A DNA stretch of 64,000 nucleotides from Eledone cirrhosa (taxonomy: Eukaryota). How positions within the stretch are numbered: the stretch's first letter is position 1; each line of letters begins with the position of its first letter. The stretch lies in the NCBI GenBank assembly GCA_964016885.1, contig OZ024742.1:266414001-266478000 (forward strand), given 5' to 3'. Below, one piece after another: positions 1 to 12,956 of the stretch. The notes under the pieces are model-generated. The model saw nothing but the letters and a program-made list of their open reading frames with translations, did no database searches and was not told the DNA's origin. The translations under genes were made by a program, and so were the position numbers.

Positions 1-56
1 AAGAGTTGCGATGGCAGATAGAAAGACCTTTTCATAATCCAATAACACCTCCTCAC

Positions 57-58
<2 letters not shown>

Positions 59-146
<88 letters not shown>

Positions 147-158
147 TACATATATATA
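59..158. repeat. (CA)n/(TA)n microsatellite
   Basis: Direct reading. Representative of dozens of similar tracts in the window. Confidence 0.98.
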
Positions 159-980
159 CGCCAGTTATGGGAAACTTCAATAAAAGCAGAGAGAACTTAA
201 TACCAGATGTAGGGTTAGATGTGACCTTTACACAGTACTTAAGACATTCCATTGCTACTTATATGTACTTTAGGTGTAACTAGATTTCACATGATAGCTG
301 GATATCACGCTTAAACATCTTTGATGGTATCTTCTCACTTCAGAAAGACCTTCGCAAAATTCAGATCTCTTTCAATTGCATACATACAGCACACAATAGT
401 ACAACTTTTTGATACAAATTAAAATGTCCAAACATAGCACATGGACATTCACGTATATCTATTTATTATACTACAACACCTTATACAAGGGCGGGTCACC
501 TCAAAATGCCCGATATCATGCACAAAGATTTCAAGCAAGCATATAACTATACGTCTTCTTATACATTTGATTTTGCCTTTAATATTGGACAACATACCGG
601 TTGTTCAAATGGTAATTTCTTTGTTCTTCCCATAATGTAACTTGGTGGAAACAATATGTGAGTTATGATCTCTACACCACACTCCCGTTTTCGTCTTGTG
701 CTTTCCCTCAATTTGTCTTATGTTTGAAGATGACAGTTTAGCAAAACCAGCACACTCTAGTAAGGGTGCATTAACAACCGTTCTAGCAAGACGCTTAAGT
801 AGTAAATAAAATTCTTAAGTATTGTATAAAAATCCCATATATGAATATGCACACACAGAAACACACATCCAAACAGCCCACACATTATTATGGTTTTCAG
901 TTTAATATATTCCCCACTAACATAGCCACTCCTTGTTATTTAATGTTATTTGATTTGTTCTCGGTGGATTGGGTGGTGAA

Positions 981-1166
981 GGGCGGTGGATTGGCAATAT
1001 TGGTAGAGGGTCGGACGCCATGCTTTCCGGCATAGTTACGTCCCTTTACGATCTGAGTTCAAATCCCGCCGAGGTTGACTTTGCCTTTCATCCTTACGGG
1101 GTCGATAAAATAAAGTACCAGTAATGCACTGGGTAATTGCTGGCCTTGTGCCTAAAAGTAGAAACA
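981..1166 (+). mobile_element. tRNA-derived SINE, family A (octopus-type), full length
   Basis: B-box-like GAGTTCAAATCC, body CTTTGCCTTTCATCCTTACGGGGTCGATAAAATAAAGTACCAGT shared with at least 7 other copies here. Flanking duplication GTTATTTGATTTGTTCTC at 945-962 and 1167-1184. Confidence 0.9.
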
Positions 1167-1845
1167 GTTATTTGATTTGTTCTCCGTGAGCGGACGATAA
1201 CACGTTTTATCACATTCAGATGCTTGATGTACGGTTGTGTCTCAAAATGTTTCAGTGACACAAAGAACTTTTGAAATTCGTCATTTTCAGCTGATATATG
1301 TTGTTACGCAGAAAGATGCACAGGGACATTCTTAGCATTCAATCTAGCAATTGTTCTAGGGAGAATAATAAATTAAAAACACATTGAAGTCATTTGCTAT
1401 GAAACATAAGATAAACAATCTAGAGCTTAGGACGTCGCAACACGCAGGGCTTCAAATAAATATATGCTTTCAATTTTTTTAGACATTCTGGTGATATTTT
1501 TAACAGGGGTCTGCAATCTTAAAATAGATTAAAGCCTAACGAAATTTAAACCCGGCATTGCTTGTCTGTACTAAAGGCATGCTGCTATACAGTGCTTTGG
1601 CTTGGATTGTCTACTCATGCCGAAGGTAAAATACTCGTTTATCATTTCTAGCTCAGAGTACTGGTGTTGCTACTCAGTACTCAGTCTACCAGTCTGTGTT
1701 AGTTTCCACATTTACATCAAAACTAAGCTACTTAGTATAGCTTGCTTGCCAATCTGAAGGTTCCCTATAGAAAGTTTCTCTTTGAAGCACAAGTCAGAAC
1801 AAGGTTATTTTTTGCGGATGATCTGCAGTCACCCATGCATGCCAG

Positions 1846-2004
1846 CCCCCTCTTTACGCCACCGATGCTGTCCAAGGGAAAGGCAAAGGCCGATACGCAT
1901 TGGCACCAGTGATGTCGCAACTAATGTACAGCTGAGTGAACTGGAGCATCGTGAAATAAAGTATCTTGCTCAAGGACACAACGCACCGCCCAGGTCGGGA
2001 ATCG
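1846..2004 (-). mobile_element. tRNA-derived SINE, family B, partial
   Basis: Minus strand reads TCGATTCCCGACC...TTGTGTCCTTGAGCAAGATACTTTATTTCACGATGCTCCAG, homologous to 4527-4732. Confidence 0.7.
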
Positions 2005-2014
2005 ATATATATAT

Positions 2015-2095
<81 letters not shown>

Positions 2096-2414
2096 TATAT
2101 GTATGTGTGTATATATAGAGAAAGCAATAACAGATAGATAGGTGGAAAGAAAGGGAGGACGAAGGCAACAAAAACGTACCAAAGCTAAATCTAAATCTTA
2201 ACGTCGATAATAAAAGGAAATTTGTAAAAAGGAATAAGAATAAAATAGAAATACGTAATAAAAAATGGTCAAATGCCAATATCACGTGATATATAGCGGC
2301 GCCATCTACAGAAAACATAAAAATACTGAATTTCAACGACATTTACTTTCTCGTAAACGATTTTATATTCGTTTTATTGATTTTTTATATAAAAATCTTG
2401 CTTACATTCATACG

Positions 2415-2460
<46 letters not shown>

Positions 2461-3199
2461 CACACACACAGACACACACACATATATATATACATATGCA
2501 TAAATGTATATACATTTATATATATATATATCGATATAGTCATATATATCAAAGTACAACAGTACAAATTTAATTACATATATTTTCACAGTATTTCGAT
2601 AAAAATTAATGGAAATATTGTTGAATTTCCATGTCTGAAAATATATGTAAGTAAATGTGTGAAAGCTTCCACACGCATTCTTATACACTTATACACATAT
2701 ATATATTAGCAATATTATGGTAAGATTTCACTTTAGAAAAAAATATCTCAATAATTGAATTGACTGTACCTTTAAAAAACAATATGGAGTGGACACCAGA
2801 AAGAACTTATATATGATGGGCTTATACTTGACTGTTACTTTATTTATAGAGTATCAAATTTATTGAAGGGAGTACTTACATGATAATACTACGAACAAAG
2901 TTCCAGCTTGCAGCATTCCATTACTCAGAGTTTCATGTTATTGCCTTCAGATGGGACTGCCTGCTAGAACGGATCCGTTCCTTCGGCCGAAGTTTATGTA
3001 TTTGGTTTGAGGTAGTGTTCACTTTTGGGTTGTCTTGAGTAAATGATGGTGTTCTATTAATTTTTTGTTTTGAGAGGGGGAATTTATGTCTGTGAAATCT
3101 GAAAGTTCTATTGACATTTGAAAGAATGGACTTCTTTTCATGGGACACTTAGAAATTAAATCTGCTTTTTTGTTTAAGGAGTCTTTGTTCTGCGTTGGA

Positions 3200-3780
3200 T
3201 GAAGAATTTTCCAACTTTACTCAAATTTCAACAAATGGTCTGCGGTTGCTGAAGTACAGAATAGATCACGTGGTATTAACGTTTCCAATTTTTCAAGTGC
3301 CATATATTTATTGAGATTGCTGTCCTGTCTGTTTGTTTGCCGTCTAAATATGGACATAAGTTTTAAGTTCCAGCCCCCGAAGCTGCCCTCACATATTCTG
3401 CTGTATGATATAAGAGATTATATAACCCTTGTAGTTGGGTAGAGCCAGTGTTCAACTTTGCATATATTGTCCAAAGGTAATAACTCATTATTTTGGTAGT
3501 TGCATATATTTACTTGCTTTCTCATTTAACAGAGTTAATTGTCTGCGGTTTCTGGGATCTTAGGTTTATTAAGTGACTCTAAGCACATTGGTTGGTCTGA
3601 GGCACCTACTATCTATGATGATGTCCGCCATATTGGTTATGCAATTGTAGCTAACTTTTAGATTTTGCACGTTAAGTAGTTTGGAATGTTTATGACGTTT
3701 GAAATATTTCCGGATTAGATTTAAGATTTTTTTTTTAGCAATATTGGCAATCTTAATATAGACAAAAGTATTCACATATA
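3200..3780 (-). pseudogene. Decayed Penelope-like element fragment (RT-EN linker region)
   Basis: ORF 3569-3775 NIAKKKILNLIRKYF...LLNVQNLKVSYNCITNM resembles the PLE linker preceding GIY-YIG. Boundaries approximate. Confidence 0.6.
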
Positions 3781-4221
3781 TAAAAAAAACCCATAAATTT
3801 CCACACCGTTAACTATTTATTTACATCACACTTAGTTTTTTAATCAAAAGATTAAAACTTAGAGAGATCTCCCTTACCCTATACACCATAATATCCGAAC
3901 ACCTCATGTATTCCTATAAATTTATATAACTTCATGCAAAGTTATATTGATATAACACTTTACAAGCAGAAAGATGTGTGTATGTTTTTCCAAACAACAA
4001 TATTAGTTTGAAACCCCTCCGCCCTAAAAAAAATAAATAAAATGAATATATTCAGCTTTTAATCTGTTTTCATGCATTGTATGCAGTTCCCTGATCGTTT
4101 TATATCGCTATATATTCTTATATTTTAGCCAAACATTCATTCGTTAAACAACTTCTGTAGGATGAAACTTGCAACGGTTTATCACAATTTAAAAAATTAA
4201 ATACATACATACACAAACATA

Positions 4222-4280
<59 letters not shown>

Positions 4281-4461
4281 TGAATATAAGGATAACAACG
4301 ACAGATGAACGTTTAGTTGTTCAAACAACTGAACTCTATACTCAATAAAGTAGCATACGTCTTAAGTACGATCAGCGTGACACAGAAATACCCTACCCGG
4401 ATCTTCATGCGTGCAAAGCTAATTTCTCCACTCGGCCATCACTGCGTGTTTGACCAACCTA

Positions 4462-4499
<38 letters not shown>

Positions 4500-4526
4500 A
4501 CAAATTCTAAAGTCTGTCTCGAACTA

Positions 4527-4732
4527 GGAGGCTTCACAGGCCGGTGCTTATCCCTGTTTCCGTGGCGTAAAGCGACTGAGAGTACAAGGTTTCTCCCTGG
4601 ACAAGACGCTAGTCCATTGGAGGGTTAAACCCCAGCTATTGCTTGTACTCAATTTCAGTTGGAGCAACGTGAAATGAAGTGTTTTGCTCAAGAACACAAC
4701 ACGCAACCCAGCCCAGGAATCGAACTCACGAC
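4527..4732 (-). mobile_element. tRNA-derived SINE, family B, between two (CTA)n tracts
   Basis: Minus strand B-box GAGTTCGATTCC then TTGTGTTCTTGAGCAAAACACTTCATTTCACG. (CTA)n at about 4464-4499 and 4735-4796. Confidence 0.75.
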
Positions 4733-4733
4733 A

Positions 4734-4796
<63 letters not shown>

Positions 4797-5270
4797 CTTT
4801 CCATATATGTACATATATCTATCTTTTATACTGTGGTTGGAATAGTTATTGCAAAAAATATAACGAAAAATAACTGACCATGTGCTGTGAATAGTGTAAG
4901 GAAAACAAAATATACATAAAAATTGATTAAGACTAACCGAAAGAACACATGACATTCGCTATATTGAAGATGTGAAAATCCAAGAATGTTGAAATAACAA
5001 TACTTCGATTCTATGCACGCTTTCATCACTCTTAAGTTGGAGATTTATTCGACGTTAACATAATTAGTTTTGTTGATATTTCTGAAGAGAAGTATTATTT
5101 ATGTGTCATTAAGAGGCGTTTATATGCTGAGCGAGTTTCAAGGTGCATTGTCAGGTATTTGGCTGAGAGTGTACAGGCTTTGATAAACGCGCGTGTGTGT
5201 GTGTGTGTGTATGTGTGTGTGTGTTAGTTTTGCAAGATTTCTAATCTGAAAAAGTGTGTTGAAACAGATC

Positions 5271-5965
5271 TTGTTATATTTTGGGAGGGTCAATAATAAC
5301 ACACGCACCAGTTGGATTTCACTTCAATTTCTTATAAACTTCCAGTTGGTTTGTTTAATAACCGGAGGTTGTTTATTTGTTTATTGTCAAAGCTTTTTCG
5401 TCACATATTCTGTTACCCCCGTCGTGAATTATCTGTTATTTTGTGTCCCTTCTTTGTTCTGCCCTACACCATCTTGTTTTTGCGAGCTGTGTGCTGCGTA
5501 CTTGGGTTGCGCATGTATCCGGGTGTATGGTGTTTTTATTTACACGTTTACTTGTCACTAGATGGCTGCTTGTTCTATTTGTGTGAGTCTGGTTTGTTTT
5601 ATTAGTTTGGTTTCTGTATGTGTCTGTATGTCTTTATTTTGTCCTTAATTACTAGTTGTGATGTTGCTATTCCAGTCATGTTTTCTGTTTAGTTTTGGTT
5701 GGAGTTCGTTTATGTTCGTCGCTTTTGTAATCTCTATTCTATCTGTGTAGGGTTTTCTTTTTAAAAAGATGTTCTACTAATTAGGGCTTTTATGAGAATA
5801 CCTGGTTTTTCAACTATCTTAACATTTAATTTTAGCTTGTCTAGGGTCCTTCTAAATCTGTTAGCTAATTCGCCTCGGGCGTTACATTGACGAACATTAC
5901 ACTCTGGCATTTATTGCTGTCATACCACGAGTTGATCTTATTAGTCTTCTTCTTAGTTCTCTAGT
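5271..5965 (-). mobile_element. Decayed, internally deleted 3' part of the PLE family at 30887-34719
   Basis: TTGTTATATTTTGGGAGGGTC..CACACGCACCAGTT matches 30887-30937; CTTCTAAATCTGTTAGCTAATTC..GAACATTACACTCTGGCATTTATTGCT matches about 31748-31820. HHR core is degraded in this copy. Confidence 0.8.
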
Positions 5966-6527
5966 GGAGATGGCTGGTCGTTACTCACCCCTCCCTTACA
6001 GTGATTTTGCCACTACAGTTCATAAGGGTGCTGGCTCTTAATTTATATATATGTAGAAATCTCACTTTCATGTAGCGCGTCAAGGATGAGTCAACCTGAT
6101 GGGGAGGAACTCATTCCTGAGCAATCTTTAACAAAATCCTCACTGTTACAAGCACTTGAACAAAGCTTCCGTTCTGAGGTTCATAGTCACTACCCCCGAC
6201 CTGAAAAGGATTAGGGTTACTGCACTTCTTCCATCAGTTTCTAACGATCTGTATAGGATCATGAGCGCTATTCAACCTCCCTCGATTCACGGTTCCCTCT
6301 TCAATTTATTGACAATAATTAGGAAATAGCAAGTACATTGATTTAGGAAATAGAAATGTTTGCAATATACATAGCAGAAAGTAGGTAGAAACCTACGACC
6401 AATCTAGCAGCATCTCCCATCTTTATCAACTTTTACCTACTCTTTTCTTACGTTCTATTTCAACATTTTCTCTCCCCTCTCTTATTTTACTTCATATATC
6501 TGCACACACACACACATACACACACAA

Positions 6528-6558
<31 letters not shown>

Positions 6559-6707
6559 CACACACACACTCACACACATATACACATACACATACACACA
6601 CATGTACACCCACATGCACACCCACTTGCACACACACATACACACACACGCACACATTGACGCACATACACCTGTTTACAAACACTCATGTAGATACAAA
6701 CACCTCA

Positions 6708-6774
<67 letters not shown>

Positions 6775-7039
6775 ATATATATATACACACATATATATAT
6801 ATGTGTGTGTGTTTATGGATATATACACACATGAATGCATGTATATATGCATATATGTATGTATACATGTATTTATGTATGTATGAGTATATGCATATAT
6901 ATATATATATATATAAATAAATACACATATATATATAATGCATATATCAATATATATAGATATATGAATATGTTTCTGTAAATATAATCATACATACAGA
7001 TATATTTATATAAATACATAAATATTCATACATATAAAC

Positions 7040-7248
7040 ATACATAACCACGCACACACACAAATAAACATAACCACACACACACAAATAAACATAACCA
7101 CACATACACACATATACATAACTACGCGCACACACAAATAAACATAACCACACATACACAAATAAACATAACCACCCATACACAAATATACATAACCACA
7201 CGCACACACAAATAAACATAACCACACATACACAAACACTCACACAAA
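7040..7248. repeat. About 22-bp minisatellite (ACACAAATAAACATAACCACAC), about 9 units
   Basis: Direct reading of tandem units. Confidence 0.9.
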
Positions 7249-7444
7249 TTCATTTATCTGTTCCGATATTAAATTCTATATGTTCTTAGTTTTTTTTATG
7301 ATGTTTTTATGAGGCAAGAAATAACATGAAAAAACATACACTACAAACATACTCAGGCTTTCACATAGACACTTATAAACACACCACACTTCTATATACT
7401 TGTACACCTATAGAGACAGACTGATAAATACACACACACACACG

Positions 7445-7473
<29 letters not shown>

Positions 7474-7475
<2 letters not shown>

Positions 7476-7560
7476 GCCTGTGTAAAGTGGGTGCAGTGTA
7501 TGTATGGTGCATATGTTATATATATGCAGGATGCGTGCATATATGGGTGTGCTATACACG

Positions 7561-7600
<40 letters not shown>

Positions 7601-7609
7601 CGTATATAT

Positions 7610-7653
<44 letters not shown>

Positions 7654-7654
7654 C

Positions 7655-7745
<91 letters not shown>

Positions 7746-7825
7746 GCACACCCATATACACATGCATCCTGCATATATATATAACATATGCACCATACAT
7801 ACACTGCACTCACTTTACACAGGCA
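7474..7825. repeat. Inverted duplication centred on a (TA)n tract
   Basis: TGCCTGTGTAAAGTGGGTGCAGTG... (7474-7580) is the reverse complement, with a few mismatches, of ...CACTGCACTCACTTTACACAGGCA (7714-7825). Confidence 0.9.
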
Positions 7826-8049
7826 CATTCAACGTTCCTACATATACTTAGCGCGTGGGCGCACACACACACACAAACACACATATATTTTCACCACAAA
7901 GTAAAAAAAAAAAAAAAAAACGCCGTAAATATGATGAAATAATTAAATCAATTTTGTGAGAAAACATCTAGAAAAAATTTGGAGAAAACAAATAGGAGAA
8001 AGAAAACCACCAAACAGAATTGCTGGCAAAATTATATACACTTATATAT

Positions 8050-8563
<514 letters not shown>

Positions 8564-8994
8564 GGAATTTAGATCGATAATATGGTAGATGCATAGGCAT
8601 AGAAACCCACGCAATTATTTCGACCTCGTTGTCTACAATTGCACACTGAAAACAGGTGCAACTAAATCCCTTATCAGATAAATATCATTGAGCAACATTT
8701 GCCGAATATAAGGCAGAACCCCCCTCCCCCTGCCACACACAAGTAGTTTAATTGTGTAACATAGAATCCTTGAAGTACTTACATTTCAAAATCGCCTGCA
8801 CTCTACAGTTTCAATCCCTGATAAAATCCGCAAATTACAACTATTATAAATCGATAATCAGCAAAGGTAGGACCATGGAACTCACCAGCAGGATGTCTGA
8901 AGGGTAACCGAAAATTCCAGCCATTTTCAAGAGAGAGGCTACTTCTCGTGCGTAGCCAGAATGACTGGCACCAACACTATAGTAGTAGTAGTAA

Positions 8995-9049
<55 letters not shown>

Positions 9050-9077
9050 TGTTGTAGTAGATATTATTATTATTATT

Positions 9078-10675
9078 TGCATTTATCTTGCTTTATGTTT
9101 ATACGAGTTATCACCAAGTCACAACCAGTGACCTCAAGAGACAACAAGGTCCGCCATGTTCAAGAAAGAACATACATATTCACACATGCATCCTTAGTGT
9201 TTAGACTTGTGATGTACTTATATTGACAGGATCTTCCTTAGTATATGGGCAGTTCCCATTAGTACTATCTTTTGTATTTCTCCTATACGCGGGTTTCCTG
9301 GGATTTGCGATAAGTAGTCGTTAGACCCCTTAGGTATCATTCCTAGAGCGCCTACAACCACTGGTATTGTTTTAGTTCTCAATTTCCACATTTTTCCAAT
9401 TTCTATCTCCAGGTCCTTATACTTGCTCAATTTTTCAAATGTTTTTATAGATACATTCTTGTCTATTGGAACAGACATATCAATTAGCAGGCATACCCTC
9501 CTTTGAAAGTCCTTCAATATTATATCAGGTCTATTTGCATCTATTTTTCGGTCTGTTTGGATGCTAAAGTTCCACAAGATTGAGATGTGATCTTTTTCAA
9601 GTATGGGAGGTGGTTGATGCTCCCACCAATTCTTTTGATGGGGCAGGTAAAAATGCTTACACATTATCCAATGTATGTATTGTGCAGCTCTGTCATGCCT
9701 GTTTAGGTATTCGGTTGGAGCTATAGGACTGCACATTGAAATTATATGGTCAATGGTCTCTGGTTGTTTTTTGCATACACGGCATAATGGGCTGCACCCA
9801 TTTTTTATTATGTTGGCTTGGTAATTTTTTGTTGGCAGACACTGATCTTGTGCCGATATAATCAGTCCTTCAGTCTCCGATTTCAGTCCAGAGGATGCCA
9901 ACCACTGATGGGTTAAAGTTTTGTCAACATCAGGATTGTTAGCTCGCTCTGGGTATTTTCCATACAGAGGCTTTTCTTGCCATTTCTTAGCCAGTTTCTG
10001 TAGCAGTTCTTTCTTTGCAGTTACTTTTACCTGCTTTGCTTTTTCTGTGTTTTCCATTTCAGCAGTAAATGGGACTTCTGAAATTTGTAGTTCATTACTG
10101 TATCTTTGTACATCTTTTGTAATGGAATATGATCTTTTGGTGCTTTCGTGTTTCAAAACGAGTTTGATCATCCAATCATGTGATTCCCTTAGATATGTGG
10201 ATAATCCAATTGTTGCAGTTTTCAACGCAATGTCTAACTGGATTAACCCACGTCCTCCTTCTTTCCTAGGGAGATATATTCTATCTATGTCTGCCTTAGG
10301 GTGATGCATTCTGTGCATGGTTAAGAATTTTCGGATTTTTGTATCGAGCCTACGGATCTCTGTGCTTGACCAGTTGATGACATTGTAACTGTAGGTTACT
10401 ACTGGTATGGCAAGCGTGTTTATGGCATCGATCCTATTCCTTGCATTCAATTCCGTTCTTAAGATTGCTCTGACTCTGCGGTAACATTCCTTCCTTATCC
10501 TTTCCCTCATTGTCGAGTGCTTGATTCCGTCTCCTTCACAAACACCTAGATATTTGTAAGTTTTTTCTTGATCAAGCTCTCTTATCACGTTCCCCCGATC
10601 AAGATTAATGTCTGAACTCTTCAGCAGCTTTCCTCTGGTGAACGTTGCTTTGGCGCATTTATCCAGTCCAAACTC

Positions 10676-10677
<2 letters not shown>
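9078..10677 (-). mobile_element. 5'-truncated R4/Dong-type non-LTR retrotransposon (RT C-terminus, thumb, CCHC, RLE endonuclease)
   Basis: ORF 9218-10678: FGLDKC, YKYLG, LPRKEGGRGL, CRVC..ETIDHIISMC, RHD, RPDII..ID, K..KY. (TAA)n at both ends. Confidence 0.92.

Positions 10678-10678
<1 letters not shown>
9218..10678 (-). CDS. Uninterrupted C-terminal 486 aa of RT-RLE polyprotein (N-terminus missing)
   Basis: Motifs as above; begins just after the position of the RT DD motif, so the ATG is internal. Confidence 0.85.
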
Positions 10679-10754
<76 letters not shown>

Positions 10755-10962
10755 GGCGACCTACGTAGGAAATCGTATTATCGTGAGCTCCGCAAAGGTT
10801 TGTTATTTCCGTTTGTTTAAAAATTGCCATTTATGGAAAATTTTATTGTAAACTGTTTATAAGCACACATACATTGTTTTCCGAAAAGGACACCCAAAAA
10901 GATTGGGGCCTTGTGCCCAAAATTTTAACTTTTATTATTATCCAAAAATTTCTTTGAAAAAA

Positions 10963-12922
10963 ATGGCTAATTCCCCTCTGCATGAAGCAGCTGAAAGCCT
11001 TCCTCACAAAATAACACCTCACACCGACACCACCATTGTAAATGTTACTACGTTTGCCAACACAAAAAAAAATATAAGCAGTAGCAATATTTTAAATTTG
11101 TCTCAGGCAGACATTCATTTCCCGCCATTACCAATGCCTGCAGGTGTTAAACCCTCCACCACCACCACCACCGCGACAACAGAAACAAAAGAAGAAAAAA
11201 ATAAATTAACTCGTGACGTCGAAATGAAATCAAGCAAAATGGACTCTTCCCCACCAAAGACGACTGACGTCACCACCACCACCACAACTGAAAATAAAAT
11301 TAATATTAACGATAGCAACAACAACAACAATGACATTATAAAACCGACCCTCAGTTTCGCCATCGTAGCAAAACAATTCGAAGCGTTCACGGTAACTCAA
11401 GAAGATTTAGAAAATGCCAAACAAATGGTAAAGAAAGATGGGTACAGGGTCAGCCTCACTCCCCCACCTAATAAAATGGAGCATCGGCGCCTGTGCACCG
11501 TGTCGTATAGAACAATAAATGTAAAATCGCGCCGAGTGGAACGGGCATCCGAGTCCCAAATCGAAAAAGCTTTGGGACATGTGTGGGCAAGAAAAACCCA
11601 CATCAGACGTGGGCAAAAGTATGGAACCGTGGATGTGTTCTTTGAAACACCAGAGGAGGCTAGAGAACACTCCATGTCCCCATTAAAAAGTGACGACCTC
11701 ACACTCGTCCCAAGCTATTGTGGCCAGAGACTCGTAAAGATCAGGGTGACCCACGTTCCACCGGCCATCGAAATTCCCTGGCTAATAGCGGCTGTCATCG
11801 CCGGCATCGAGGCCAACACGAAAATAATAACAATAGCAAAACAAAAGCAGGAAAACTGGTCCGGATCTGGGATGGAGCTCCTGATCCAAGCGGACCAAAA
11901 AAGCATTGAGGAGATCCCAGAGGTAATAGACCTCACTGACGGCAGCCACCTCACGGTAATTGTCGAGGGCAGAAGACCTAGGTGTGTCGTTTGTGGTGAA
12001 GGAACCCACCTAAGGGCTTTCTGCCCTCAGGCTAAAAGGTTGAGGCCACCTCTCCTACCCACCCCAGTGACACAACCATCAACACCACCAGTAGCAGAGA
12101 TGCCAGCAACAACTGTAGCAGCAACAACAGAAGCAACTATAACAGCAACAACCCCAGCAACAGTAGCAAAACCAACACCACTACCACCAGCAGCAAAACC
12201 AACACCACCACCACCCAACGCTTCAGAACTAGCACCAGCGCCTACACCATCCACCACACCACAACCAAAACTAACAGCTGTGGAGGATTTTCCACTCACC
12301 GGCCTATCACAACTGGAGACAGATTGTGACGACGAGGAGTGGGAAACGATATCCGGAAAAAAAAAAAAACCAAAAAAGAAAAAATTCTCTTCCTTCCCCC
12401 TCCAAAAACAAAATACAGAGGGAAACAAATAAACTAAGAAACAAAAAAGTTAGGACAGATATGCCACCATCCACACCAGCATCACCAACCCCATCAACCC
12501 AAACACCAACACCATCACCATCATTAACTCCAACACCACCATCACCTACACCACAAAAGTCACCAAAATGCGAAACAGAAACAAACCCACAACAAACGCA
12601 AACAAAACAAAACAACCAAAACGATACACACTACACAGCATTAAATTTGAACAACAAGCAATTATTGCACTACATCCAACACAACACCAGCATCACAGAA
12701 AAAGACTACACAACAACCCCAAAATTCACACCACCTCCACACATACAAATCACTCGCATCACACAGAAAACGTACATGACACTAAAACAAAAATTCCCCA
12801 AAGACATCGGAGACTTCCGACAAGCACTCTCCAGGAGGATTTATAAGGACATCCTTCCTGAGGAGGCCACAAGCAGTGAAAAGGATGGAAAAACCGTCCT
12901 TCCCCTACGAGAAGTAAGGTAA
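10963..12922 (+). CDS. LINE ORF1 (gag-like, zinc knuckle, Pro/Thr-rich tail), one frameshift in an A13 run near 12357-12369
   Basis: CVVCGEGTHLRAFC = CX2CX4HX4C. ORFs 10903-12432 and 12326-12922 overlap across the poly-A run. Confidence 0.8.
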
Positions 12923-12956
12923 GTGGTCTTTCCCATCTTTTCCACTCCTTTTCAAC

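Noticed and set aside
12357-12369. Programmed frameshift in LINE ORF1
   Set aside because: One extra A in an A13 run is more simply homopolymer slippage or sequencing error.
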